Origin: Camelus dromedarius
Lineage: Eukaryota
NCBI RefSeq assembly: GCF_036321535.1
Contig: NC_087436.1
Coordinates: 97,714,001 to 97,778,000, forward strand
Length of the DNA stretch: 64,000 bases
Reading direction: 5' to 3'
Under the pieces are notes generated by a model. That model saw nothing but the letters and a program-made list of their open reading frames with translations, was not told the DNA's origin and made no database searches. Positions within the stretch are counted from its first letter, which is position 1; every line of letters starts with the position of its first letter. Shown piece by piece: positions 49,130-62,530 of this stretch. A program made the translations under genes and the position numbers.

Positions 49130-49500
49130 CTCTCTGAAAATATGTGGAAATATCGACTGCTTAATTGCTAAATTGAAGCAGCCTCCGAAATTCATAGCAT
49201 ATGAGGTGGGACTTGAAATTTGGAAGGGAATTAAGATTTAATTTTGGAAGTGGGGAAAAACAGACATGTGGATGGGGATAATGATCACTATATTGTTCTC
49301 ATAAGAGAGAAAAGGGGTAAAGAATGACAGGAAATGGGATGACTAAAGTTGGAGACCAGCCAGATACCTGAGGGCTGTGAATATCCGAAAGATGAATGGG
49401 ACATAGAATTGATGGAAAATAGGAAGCCGTTAGAGTTGTATGATTATGGGTATTACATGATGAAATGTATGCTAAAAATGTGATTTTAGAGAGTTCAAAA
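49130..49500 (-). mobile_element. L2 fragment
   Basis: gaggtgggacttgaa, ccagatacctgagggctgtgaatatcc, aataggaagccgttagag. Confidence 0.5.
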
Positions 49501-50279
49501 TGAACTAAATTGAGAAAAGTTTAAAAAAAAAAAAGGCAATGATCATCACAAATATCAATAACAATGTATGTAGGAATGTATATGTAGGGATAACAATGTA
49601 TATGTAGGAAGGTTTTTAATAACTAAATTTGATAATGTAAATAAAATTTTAAAAATTTATTATAAATAGTGACATTTGGACTAATCAAACTGAGTCAGTA
49701 TTTTAACACATGTAGTGTTAAAAAACAGAGAGAGATCAGCTTAATGGCATTGTTCTAAAGAATAATACAATAATATAAAATTTATTAATTTGAAGGGAAA
49801 ATTTGGTTATACTCATTTTGTCTAAAATGTATTTATAGAAAGTTTTAATAAGCTGATGCTTAGCTGTTAAGTGGGATGTGCAAAGAATAAACTTTTTTTA
49901 TATCCTTGATATATCATGCTACCCTAATTGCTAATTTACTGTAAATGTCTTTGCTATAATATGTAAAAATACAAAATCATATTCTAATATATACACATTT
50001 GTATATCCCAACCTTGAGATGAAGACATAACATTTGATTATAAAAATATATCTTAGTAAAGGAGTTAAGAAAGCTTTTATGAGTTTATATATTTTGTTCA
50101 TATATATCATGTATGTATATAAGAAAATAATTACTTTTGACACTTTTGAGTTAGCAAATGTAAAAAAAAAAGCGAACAATTGGCATGCAGGACAGTCATG
50201 AGCAAATTGTCATTCAAGTCAATCTGTTATGAAAAAAACTTCAGTGATGGAGCTGAGGAAAGAAACATCATGAGCTCAT

Positions 50280-50431
50280 TATGCTGTTTCTCACTGGCCA
50301 AATCCAACAGCTGTCAGAAGGCCAGGAAAGCCTGTGTTACAGCCCATCAAGGTCAGCCTCTTGGGGCACGTGGCAGGATGGGAGAAGGGTGGAGACTGGA
50401 TCTGGATGAGCCACTGGAAAATATTCAGCAC
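50280..50431 (-). mobile_element. ERVL LTR33-like fragment
   Basis: gggtggagactggatctggatgagccactggaaaatattcagcac matches an antisense LTR33-type 5' end. Confidence 0.55.
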
Positions 50432-51339
50432 GCATTACATTGTGTATTCCATAACTTAGGTACTATAACTTTTTCTTTAAATCATTTGTATCACATGTAG
50501 AGATGTCTGCCACATGCTGTTTCTCAAATAGTTATGAACTGATGCATCAAGATATGCATTTTGTACCGATTTTTAATAAAAGCATAATTGAAACAAAATC
50601 AAGATAGTTTCCACAAGGTTGGATTAGTGCTTTTTTGAAGGTGTCGTGAAATGCAGCCACAGAGTAGGCTCTAATCATCTAGACATTTCTGTTTGGTCTA
50701 AAGGACATAGCAATTTTATAAAATTCTAGTTAATGTTATTCCCTAAGTTATACATTTTTCTTTTGAAATACAAGTTGTAAGTTTTCTTTTCAAATCAAGT
50801 GGTAGAAAAACAAAATTCATTATAAAATGTATATTTCCTTGACATTAGAAAATATAGGTGTTGTTCATAGTGACTGGCTCCCTCTTTATGAAATAATAGT
50901 GTATACGAAAACTCTTTTACTATAAAATTTTGAGAAGGCCAAGATTTTTCTATTTTTATAAGATCAGTTTGTTCTGGACCCTTTTAAATACATATTGACT
51001 AGATGGTATTACTATGAAAATATCTTGAAACCCTCTAAAACTGAAATGTACTCTTCAAAGTTATTTTACTGCTTTGTGGTAAAGGAAGAGTTAGTTATAT
51101 TTCTTAGACTAACTGTTGATCAGGGCAGGTCCCTGTAAGTATCTTTAAAAGTTATTACATAATCTATTTCACCACCAACAATCTCCAGGACTCAATGTAC
51201 TACTTAATCTGACTACAGTACTCACTGGTGTTTCATCAACAGCATATTCCTAATTTCAGTGATAAGCTAAAGGATTATTATTTCATTATATATTTTCATT
51301 TCATTAAAGTCAAGAGAGTGATATTCGAATGCATATTAT

Positions 51340-51820
51340 TAATTTAACCTGTTGCTAGTCATTGGAGATAAAGATAATTAGTAAATTAGAAAGAAACTCA
51401 AGAAACTCATGATCTAGATGCAGATATGTAAATAGAGAGCTCATAATTCATCATGGCATTATTGTTATAGAGGTATCAATACAATACTTGTGAGTTGGCA
51501 AAGAAATAATTAAAAAAAAACTGGGAGTAGTGGAAAGGTTGGTCATCAAGAATGTACTTAAGAGATTAAATAGAGTTTTGGGAAGGGAATTACTGACAAA
51601 AGGGAACTGCATGCCTGAGAAAGTCCAGGGAATTTTGAGACATTTATTGTTTGAGAATAAGTGTCTCAAACAATAAATTTGAAGCAGGGTAAGACTGTGA
51701 AAGACTTGCTGGTCTCAAAAGTGAAATATGGCCAGATAGTGAAACATTTATATTCTAGGCAAAAGGACTGTCAACTTCATCTTTTAATTCACCAAGAACC
51801 AACAGAAGTTGAACATAAAA
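51340..51820 (-). mobile_element. L2 fragment
   Basis: ctgttgctagtcattggagata...ctcaagaaactcatgatctag; ggccagatagtgaa...gactgtcaacttcatc. Confidence 0.55.
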
Positions 51821-52208
51821 GAAATATTGGGAACTATACTTCCTGTATTTAGTATTTTAATTAGAATTTTTATTTGTATTTGTAGTAATGATTATTAAAG
51901 GTAGTAACAATGGTTACTATAATGGGTATTGTCTTGAATTTCTAAAAGAAATATTATGGAAAGAAACATCCAAATTCGTGATATTTTAATTTAATTATCA
52001 GAGTACTTCTTTGAAGTAGGTACAGTTATCATTGTATAAATTCAGACAGGTTAATGTAGACAGGTTAATCATCTTACCCAAGTTGCCAGAATTATAAAGA
52101 CTATACAGAAGTTAAACCCATAGCCACCTAAATTTGAAGTCTTTACATTTCCTTTATGGTCATTATTTTTTTAACTCTCAAATATTAGAGATAGTAAAAA
52201 TCTAGTAT

Positions 52209-52739
52209 TTTTAATTGAAATATATTTGACATATAACACTGTGTAAATTCAAGGTTTATAACATATTGATTAGATACATTTATATATTGTCATGTTTGTC
52301 ACTGTAGTGATAATTAGTACTTTTATCGTGTTATAAAATTATCATTTTTTTAAGTGATTGAAATAATTAAATTCTAGTCTCAGCAAGTTTGATGATTATA
52401 GTACAATACTGTAGTCTCTATTCACTACACTGTGCATTAAATCTCTAGGGTTTATTTACCACTCATGACAAGTTGTACCTTTAAACAACATTTGTCCCAT
52501 CTCCCAACGTCTTCCCCTGCCTCTTGCCCAGTAGCCACCACTTTAGTCTCTGTTTTTAAAAGTGTGAATTTTTTTAATTCCACAAATGAGTGATACCATA
52601 CAGGGCTTATCTTTCTCTGTCTGACTGGTCTCACTTAGCATAATATGCTCAAAGTTCATCCATGTTGTTGCAAATAGCAAGTAAATGGATAAAGAAGATA
52701 TATTTATATATACACAATGAAATGTTACTCAGCCACAAG
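52209..52739 (-). mobile_element. L1MA-type 3' end with 5' inversion (twin priming)
   Basis: Antisense 3'UTR at 52209-52680, then sense-orientation gtaaatggataaagaagat...tactcagccac at 52681-52739; TSD aaaaatctagtat at 52196-52208 and 52740-52752. Confidence 0.88.
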
Positions 52740-53264
52740 AAAAATCTAGTATGTTTATTGAGACACAGGTTTGTCTGGTAACTTTATTATATTACCACTT
52801 GAAATATATGTTGTTATTTCTGACCCACAATTGACTTTAGTTAACTGAGATTCAATAACAGAGATTCTTAGAGAACTATTAAAAAAAAAAATCAAAAGCT
52901 ATTAGTGATGTGAGTTTGTTTTCAGTCCAAGCAAAAAGTGAAATGACTGCTACTCTACTAATATTTTTTAAAAAAAGAAAAGAGCTTAAATTTTTTATAT
53001 TCTATAATCTTCTACCAGTAATAAGGATATCTTTAATAATTTTATCATGAAACAAAAAGGGAATATCAATCCATCAGAATGAATGGAGCTGAACTGCTTA
53101 TACTGAAATAAAAATTGTTGTTTTACCGAGAAATGTAGTATCTCAAAGCAACAGTGGTATCACTAAACAATAGTATCAGGTGTATTTAGGATGACACGTG
53201 TAACTTATCTTTCTTCCGGGATTTGTTTGTAAATAAAATTTGTCTTAGTCTAGATTGTCTATTA

Positions 53265-54555
53265 CAAAAATAAACTCAAGATGGATTAAAGACCTAAAAG
53301 TAACACCGGATACTATAAAACTCATAGAGGAAAACATAGGCAGTGCACTCTTGACATAAAACACAGGAATGTTTTTTTCAAACCAGCTCCTAGAGTAACG
53401 GAAATAAAAGCAAAAATCAACAAATGGTATCTAATTAGACTTAAAAGCTTTTGCACAACTAAGGATATCATCAATAATGCAAAAAGACATCCCACAGAAT
53501 GAGAGAAAGTACTTGCAAAGGATGTGACTTACAAAGGACTAATTTCCAAAGTATACAAACAGTTCATACAGCTTAATCTCAAAAAACAAGCAACCCAATT
53601 AAAAAAGGGCCAAAGACCTAAATGGACATCTCTCTATAGAAGAGATCCAAATGGCCAACAAGCACATGAAAAGATGCTGAGTATCACTAATTGTTAGAGA
53701 AATGCAAATCAAAACTACAGTGAGGTATCACCTCACACCAGTCAGAATGGCCATCATTAAAATGTCCACAAACAATAAATGTTAGAGAGGGTGTGGAGAA
53801 AAAGGAACCCTCCTACACTGTTGGTGGGAATGTAAACTGCTGCGGCCACTATCGAGGACAGTATGGAGATTCCTCAAAAAGCTAAACATAGACTTACAAT
53901 ATGATCCAGCAACTCCACTCCTGGGCATATATCTGGAGGAAAATATAATTCAAAAAGACACATGTACTGCAATGTTCACAGCAGCACTATTTACAATAGC
54001 CAAGACATCAAAACAACCCAAATGTCCATTGACAGATGACTGAATAAAGAAGATGAGATATCTATCTATCTATCTAACTATCTATCTACCTATCTATCTA
54101 TCTATAACTCAGCTACAAAAAAAGAATAAAATAATGTCATTTGTAGTGACATGGATGGACCTGGAGAATGTTATTCTAAATGAAGTAAGCCAGAAAGAGA
54201 AAGAAAAATATCATATGATATTCTTTATATATAGGGGGAAAAGAAAAAAGTCACAAATGAACTTACCTACAAAACAGAAACAGACTCATAGACATAGAGA
54301 ACAAACTTATGGTTACCAGAGGGTAAAGGGAATAGGAATGGATAATTTGGGAATTTGAAATTTGCACCTCTAGGGGAGATATAGAAATGTTAGCTATCCT
54401 GATCGTGGTGGTGTTTTCATTGGTGTATACATCTATCAAAATTCATCAAATTGTACATTTGAATATGTGTAGTTTACTGTACAGGAATCATATTACAATA
54501 AAGGTGTTTAAAAAAAAACTTCATGTGGGATAGTCCATAATAAAAAAAAAAAAAG
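53265..54555 (+). mobile_element. 5'-truncated L1 (ORF2 C-terminus and 3'UTR) with an atypical distal 3'UTR
   Basis: aaaataaactcaagatggattaaagacc, agaaatgcaaatcaaaactacagtgaggtatcacctcac, ggatggacctggagaatg; poly(A) tracts near 54510 and 54542. Confidence 0.92.
54058..54103. repeat. (TCTA)n microsatellite within L1
   Basis: atatctatctatctatctaactatctatctacctatctatctatct. Confidence 0.9.
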
Positions 54556-55396
54556 AAAATAATATATCAAAATTCAATCAGGCAATCAATCGAAAACCAA
54601 ATATTTCCAAAATCATCAGGACTGGTAACTTGAGGGAAATGAATATAGTTTTCTTCTTGGCCAACAAATAGAACTGCATATGAAAAAGAAGAGGAAGAGG
54701 AAGAAAAAGAGGAGGAACAAGAAGAGAAAGAAATTTCCAGTTAAGACTTCCTAATAATTTAAAATGTCACGTTGGCTGGAAATACTCTGCTTTAACTGGT
54801 TTTTGCTAGCAAAGACCTTTACTTGATGGCAAATTTAAATACACGGATATAGTAAAATTACATATAAATGTAGCTAATATAAACAATGAGAGAATTAACT
54901 AAATGTATCAATCAGTTTTGTCCATTTAAATTTGTAATTTTGGGGCTGCAGGTTGTACACAAGCCAGTTTTGGGGTTATTACCACTATCATCAATCTCAT
55001 CCATTCTCTGGATGCTCAGGGCATCATACTATTCTAATAATAAACATCACAAATAAAAAAAAAAAAAAAGCCAGATCTCATCAAATAGATTGAATTTAAC
55101 CAAAGCAAGGTGCAAAGATTTTTTTCTACCTTCTGCTATGAGGTCTATTAAGGAGAAAATAATCTTTGTTTAAGAAATAACATTTAAAAATGTCATTGGT
55201 ATAATATGTATTTTGTTTTAAAATGAGGCTAATGGTGACTGTTGGGAATTTTTCTGAGGTTTACCTAAGTTTGACAAAGGGGTTTTGGAATGCTTCAACC
55301 CCTATAAAAATACAATAAACTTGAAATAAATGAGAAAGAAAAAATAACACAAAAAGTTTTATGACTATAGAATTTTAGGGCCTTCAAAATAGGTGT

Positions 55397-55795
55397 TGTC
55401 TTAGTGTACTCAAGCTATCATAACCAAATGCCACGGACTGCATGGCTTAAACAATCAAAACTTACTTCTAACAGTCTGGAGGCTGAGAAGTCCAAGATCA
55501 AAGTGCTGGCCAATTTAGTTCCTGGTGAGAGCTCTCTTCCTGGCTTGCAGATGACCCCCTTCTCACTGTGTCCTCACATGGCCATTCCTTACTGCCTGCA
55601 AGTGGAGAGAGAGCTCACTCTCTTCTTTCTCTAGGGCCACCAATCCCACTGGGTTAGGACCTCCACCTCATGACCTTTTTTCATCTTGATTGCTTCCTAA
55701 AAGGCTGATTTCCAAATACAACTGCATTGGGGGGTTACAGCTTCAATATATAAATTTGACAGGGTTTGGGAGGAGACACACAATTCAGTTCACAG
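55397..55795 (-). mobile_element. MaLR solo LTR (MLT1A/A0-like)
   Basis: tgtcttagtgtactcaagct, ctggaggctgagaagtccaagatcaa, tggtgagagctctcttcctggcttgcagatg, cacaattcagttc. Confidence 0.88.
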
Positions 55796-56269
55796 TTAGG
55801 AGGCTGGATGCTATAGAAAGAAAGGGTTAATACAATTTTCCTGATACTAGGGTGGCTGAAGACTATCAAAGAACAGGGTTGAATGAAAACTAAAATTTAA
55901 GTTATTTTGCATTAAGTACTGTCCTTCATATTCTTCCAAATTTATTGAAGCTTAGAACACACAGGCTCATCAATTAAAATCTTTTATTTAATTCTTTATC
56001 TCTCCAAAATGGAGAGCAGCAACTGCTTGTGTGTCTGGGTGTGTAGAGCACAGAGGGAAGAGATCAGCAGCAGGTGGTGGGCATAGGAGGTGATGCATGT
56101 GTGAATACTGGAATCAATAGGAAGTGGTTTAAAAATCACAAGATCGTATGTTCTTGTGAACTGATATATTAGAACATTTCTCTATATGAGGAATGAGGTA
56201 ATTTTATGTGTCTTAAAGGACAAGATAACCTCAGTTGATATATATTTCATATGGAGTTCAGAAGAACTG

Positions 56270-56412
56270 CATATGCTATATGTATGTATGCTCCCATATG
56301 TATATGTTTAGTGCATTTATTATATATATATATAAAATACCCACACTATATATTATATATATAATATCTATATAATACACATAAACACATACTTATGTGT
56401 ATATGGTATATT
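56270..56412. repeat. (TA)-rich low-complexity tract
   Basis: tatatatatatataaaatac...tatatattatatatataatatc. Confidence 0.7.
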
Positions 56413-56801
56413 TAGAATTTGTGATCACATATAAAATTAATCAACAAAATGTGTTGTCAGAATAGTGAGTCCTACTTGATTTCAAAAGCATGACTAGATT
56501 ATTTTAGAGATAGATCAGGATAAATATATGCCATAAAGGATGATTAAAAGCAGGTAGAACTGGGACAAGCAAAAGGAGAAGAGGGGAGGAGATGTTATAA
56601 ACAAAGTTTCCCAGATTGGATGGATAGAGTACGTACAAGGATGACTGAAGAATAGGAATGATGAAAAATAAGGGGAAGGGTGCAAAGAGGAACTGCATTG
56701 TGCAGGACCTGCCTTGAAAATCTAAGTGTGAAATGTACCTTCAAATCAGTAATTCTCACCTGTGACGTTACAACACATTGCTTCCCTCTGTTATGTATTA
56801 C

Positions 56802-56826
56802 GTGTGTGTGTGTGTGTTTGTGTGTG
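56802..56826. repeat. (TG)n microsatellite
   Basis: gtgtgtgtgtgtgtgtttgtgtgtg. Confidence 0.85.
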
Positions 56827-59755
56827 AATCAGAATAAAAGAAGAGAGCTGCAATATTCAAAATGCAAACCCCACATACTGCTGAATACTTTGAAAAACAA
56901 AGAAAACATTATGTTGAATTTGTCCGAGTGGAGAACAGAAGGAAGATTTACACTCCAAAGTTTAAAAGATTGAGGAAATGAGGTAGTGGCCCTGACCCGA
57001 GTGACGCTGGATTCCAGGAGACTGAAGTGGCAGAAGCATATGCAGAACAGAGAACGTGTGCAGTGGGAGTTCCCATCAACGGCTGTGAGGATGCAGGGGA
57101 TGATGCCCACCAGAAGCCACAGCAGCTGGGAGTCTGGATGAACATCCCCCAGATTGGCAAAGGAAGAAGTGGAGGCACTACCTAGCCACATGCTTTCAAA
57201 CAAGTTTTTGAAACTTGCAAAGACACATGGCCAGCACATTTCCTGCATTTTTATGGAAACAGTTTTCTTTTTAGAGAGACAAAAAGACAGATGAGGAAAC
57301 TGACTGAATCAGGATCACCAGCAAGTGTTATTATGGAGAAGACCAAGCTAAATTTAAGACAATAAAATATGATGCTAATTGTACTCCAAGCCTAGTTAGC
57401 AAGTGATACCTTTGTGCAGTTAAAAAGCTTACAGAATCAGCAAATTCATGACTTAAGCGGAAAAAAAAAGAAGCAGCTAGTGTAAAATTGAAAGGCTCAA
57501 CAAGGACATTTTACTGAACTCACAGTTCTTTTCAGAATTGGAAATAAAAGGTGAAATGAATTTAGTGTCTCTTGTATGTCATGGATTATTTCTTACATGT
57601 TGTGACCCAGTAAAATTATTTAACGAATAGTGATGTTATATCAATAAAAATAGCTTAAATTCGATGTGTTCTTGATTTGTGCCTACTCTCAAAATCATAA
57701 ACAAAGAGCAGTGGACACATTTATTTATGAGGAAAGACTGTTTATTTCCTCTACACTAAAATACAATTAAAAAAAAGTCAATGGCATATTCCATTTTCTT
57801 TTACTCAAAAGTAAATGATTTTATTTGCAGTCCAAAACAATCTATCAAATGAAATATAGCAATAAAAAGTGACTCAGAGAACTATGGGAAAAATTACATT
57901 TTCAGATGATTACCAATTAAGCATGGAAAACTATGTTATCCTTACCTACTAGAATTTTTTTTTAATTGGGTCTCCCCTTAAAATGACCCCTTGTGATTAT
58001 AAATATGGCCACAAGAAAATCATGCTTCTGCTGTTTCCCAAGGGAGATGATATTTTAATGAATTCTACATTACCAATTTAAACAAAAGCATAAAAATAAT
58101 ACTAATGAAATTAGCAAGATCGGTGTTAATGTAGTTTTGAAGAACTGTAATTGAGTTTTGCATGTGGGAACAGAGACTGCCAAAGTTAGTTCAGGAGTAA
58201 GTGCTGAAAATAGAATACCTCTCCCTCTCGACAGGGTTTTTGGAGAAAAGAAATGGCAAGGGAGTCAAATTTTCAATTTACTTTGGTCCTTTAAATTAAC
58301 ACCCTTAAACCCAAATTATGCTGGTAAATAAAACTGTATATGTATGAAGAATACGCTGAATTTTTTCAAGACAGATTGGCCTCAAAAAAAATAAATGTGA
58401 CAAGATAGAATAACAAAAGCTAAAAAGTGAGTTGAGATTGTTTCCTTAGCAGGGAATATATAATGGTGTTTTTTCAGGTAAAGAGACTTAGTCTTCATTG
58501 TTATTTATTTCACACAAAGTTAACTCCATATACTTTTGTGAAAAACATACTTGAGAAAAATATTCATTGGAATAGACAAATTTCCTGGCTTAGAGCTGGA
58601 CTAGACTGGAGCTACAGACACGAAGAAAGGGGAAATTACTTATGTTGCTAAGCAAGTCAGAAAAAGTAGATTTTTTTCTGTATTCATTTTTCACATTTAT
58701 TCTACACTTTCTATTTCTTCAAATATAAATCCATTATTATGGAAGAGAATTTTATCAAGATTGGGTAAATTTTTATTCTCTTCTGTGCAATTTGAAACTC
58801 TCTCATTTGTTTAAGTCTATTTTAAATAACATGACACCTTGAATGGTTTCTGACAGTTTCCTTTATACATATGTCATACATACATATATACACATGACAA
58901 TAAAACTGCTATGCATTCTTTTGATTGTATGAAAAGAAAAAAAAAGTCCTATAACCTCATACTGAAGTAAATCTTAAAAAATCAAGGATGAGATAAATGC
59001 AAACATTTACAAAATATTTGGTGTTCTAGAGAAGATATTTTATTTTCATTTTGAATATGTTTGAATTATATTTGAATATATATTTTATATTTTCATTTTG
59101 AAGGATCACTACATTATTCATTACATCATGCAGTTATAACCTTAAAAATAATACTAGATAAGAACAATAAGAGAACTGAAAATTTTAGGCAAATTAACTT
59201 GCAAATATGTAATGACCTAAATAAAATATTAGGAAAAAATGAATCCAAATAATGCATGTATGTATAATGTCAGTATTGGACACATCTCAAAAATGCAAGA
59301 CAATTATTAGCAGTCCAGCTATTAATATAACCAAACACATTAAGATTTAAAAAGGAAAAACATATAACTGTCTTAATAAATGCAGGAATAGAAAACATTT
59401 ACAGAGACCACTTTTCCCCAATGATCGAGATCTCTTAACAATTGCTTTTACTACCCTTATCTTTGCTAGTCATGAAAAGGAAGTATTATTCATTCTTTAT
59501 TAAACACAAGATTTTTTTGAGCTCTCTTTATATTCTTAAAATAGCAAATTTCATGAAGTCTAAAATTTTGAAAAAAATTAATAGAATAAACTTTACGTAT
59601 CAAACTGTACTTTAAAAAAAAAAACTTCATTCCTTCATTAATATAGAGGAGTTGGCGATTACATAAAAGAAAGGTGTAATCATAAGTTCCTTAGTCTTCG
59701 TTATTCTCCCGAACTAATAGTTCCTTTTTCCTTCGTTTTTTTTTTTTTTCCTACC

Positions 59756-60240
59756 TATGATGGTTAATTTTATGTGTTAACTTGACTAGGCTAAAGGGTT
59801 CCCAAATAGCTGGTAAAACATATTTCTGGGTAGTGTATGAGGAAGTCTTTGGGAGAGAATTTGAATCAGTAAACTGAATAAAGAAGATCATCATCCAATT
59901 TGTCAAGGGCCTGAATAGAAAAAATAAGGGTGGAGAAAGGGCAAATTCACTCTCTCAGCTTGAGCTGGGACATTCCTCGTCCCCTACTTTTGGACAGTGG
60001 TGCCCCTGGTTCTTGGGCTGTTGGACTTAAGGCAGTTACATGACTGACCCTCATCCTCCCCTCCCCATTTTTAGGTCTTTAGACCTATACTTCATTACAC
60101 TGTTGGCTTTCCTGTTTTTCCAGCTTGCATATGGTAGATTACAGGACTCACCAGCCTCCATAGCTAGTGAGCCAATACCTATAATAAATCTCCTCTTACA
60201 TATGATCTTTATCCTATCGGTTGCTTCTCTAAACCTAACT
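59756..60240 (+). mobile_element. ERVL solo LTR (MLT2B-like)
   Basis: tatgatggttaattttatgtgttaacttgactaggctaa, agctggtaaaaca, cttgagctgggaca, ataataaatctcctct, tcctatcggttg. Confidence 0.88.
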
Positions 60241-60371
60241 TCCTTAGCTAATTAAAAAAAAATCCTGTCAAAATCCCATTGTCTTTTCTGCTATGCTCCT
60301 TAACACCACCATCACTGCCATGTGCAAAATTTATGTCAAATAATCTAATCTTCACTTTTCTTTCTTCCTGG

Positions 60372-60407
<36 letters not shown>

Positions 60408-62269
60408 TGCATTTGTATAATTGGGGCCATCATAGATTTACGATTTCTAGATTCAGCAAGATCATAACGTATGACAAAATGAACTAAGCAATTAAGCTTT
60501 CACAGTCCTGCAGCTAGAGACCTAACGAAACCATGAAGAATTTTATATTTAAATTGAAAGAAAGATACATATACATATATTCCTGACTCTCTCCCTTTTT
60601 GTATTCTCTGACTTTAAATCCACAATATGAAGAAGATCTGAATGTCAAAACATTTGCACAATAGCTTTCCAATTTTTATCTGTTTTCCCTAAAATATTTT
60701 TTTTTTTAAGACTACTTCAGTTTTAATTTTGGCTGGTGTTCCAAAGGCAATGGTCAATATAATTGATTCTGAGAAACCTAAAAGAATCTATCCAGAATAT
60801 GCTAAGGGATCATATAACTGGTCTAGCCATTGTGAGCTTTCATTTCCAAACCTATGTTAGTGGGTCAGGTTACAGAAACCAGGGAAGAGGCATTTCTTTG
60901 TGCAGAATTACTGAAATTTGGTGGCCATTCTTCTCCTCTATCTTACTGTAAATATCATTATTTCCTAGAGTAATGTCTCACCTACCTCTCTCTCTTCCAA
61001 TTCTTTTTGACAATAGAGAACCAATTTCATTAACCACTTCCCTCTTTACAGGACTTTGAACTTAGTAGGTACATTATCTTGAACATATTAGGGACTCAAT
61101 AAAAATGTTACTCACCAAATGAGAGAACTCAGGACAGGTATAAGAAAATGGCCAACTTTTATTGTATTTGAGGTTGAAATGAACACCTAATATATAAACA
61201 GGAAGCAAGAATGGGCAACATATGTCACTGGCTGAACTTTCATTTTATAGACAAGAATCTGCTCAGAAAAATACATACATAGATAAATACATAAATAAAT
61301 AATCCACCTAAAGTTAATTTAGTTAAAAATAAAGAATACATTAAACTTAGAGTCAGTTAATAGAGGAGAATAAACCAGTCAGTTAATTATCAGTGAATGG
61401 TGAGTATATGATTAGTTAATTAACACTTTGTGAACAGTAAAGGATAGCTATCCTCTATGGCAATACTGTTTCCCTAATACTACATGACACGTCATCCACC
61501 ATGATAGTCTGAGAAACAATCCAGTGTTATTTTAATTTGAAATGTGTATGTGTAATCTCTACTCCTCAACAACCAGGAATGAATTCAGTAGTGACATGAA
61601 TTCAGAAATGTAGAAATAAATCTTGTGAGCCAGCCTCTTTGAATGTCCCAATCTAGTAAGCCAAAAAAAAAAAAAAATGCTTAGAGTTTGAATGACATTA
61701 TTGAGGTTTATATTTCATCATTGGGGTAATATTTTCCCAGCGACTGGTAATCCAGAACATGCCATTTTTCACCAGTGCATATAATGGTAAGGCTACTTAT
61801 GTTTAAAATGGTTTCTATGCATGGTTACATCTGTGGAAGTAAATTACAGGCAATCCAAAATGTTGAGTGAAACTTGTCTATAAACCCTATTGGTGGGTCC
61901 TTGCTCTGTTACATATTTCTGTATAGAATAGTCAAGAATAAAGTGTTTTTTGCTACTTATCTTCTGTTACAAATTAAGGTTATGTATTCTGTGCCTAGAA
62001 ATAGGAAAGCAATTTAGTAAAATAATTGCTTTAATGAATGTAAAAAATGTACTATGTGATAGCAGAAGGAAAATGTGAGAAAGTCAAATAAAATTATTTT
62101 ATGATAAGCCATACAATAGGAAAAGGCAAGGCTGTCATGCACTCCCTCCTTTAAGGGATTTTTTGTTTTAAACATATGCTCCTTATCTGCTTCATTTCTT
62201 AATCCTTTATAATTTCTGTACATGATCAAACTAGCAATTCTAAAGTTTATACATGTTTCCTTTTATTCA

Positions 62270-62530
62270 TTGTAACTGTTTACTTTCCTGCTTAGAAAAA
62301 TGATTAATCCTTCCAGACACACCTCAAATCTCTCTTCTGTGGACCATTCCTAAAATCTTCCTAATCTTCCTTGCATCTATTGTAGCATTTATATTATTCT
62401 CTTGTTTGTCCTTTATTCTTTCAGTAGATTACTATGCATTCAATTCTTTGAAGGTAAGGACTATTCCTTAGAAATCTTTAGATCCCTACATGAAACATTG
62501 TGCTGGAAACATACATTATTCATTTTTTTT
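62270..62530 (+). mobile_element. L2 3' tail
   Basis: ccttccagacacacctcaaat, ctttgaaggtaaggactattcc, acattgtgctggaaac. Confidence 0.55.

Noticed and set aside
49701..49723. 9-bp hairpin ttttaacac-atgta-gtgttaaaa
   Set aside because: A short AT-rich stem is expected by chance in 64 kb and is too short for a pre-miRNA.
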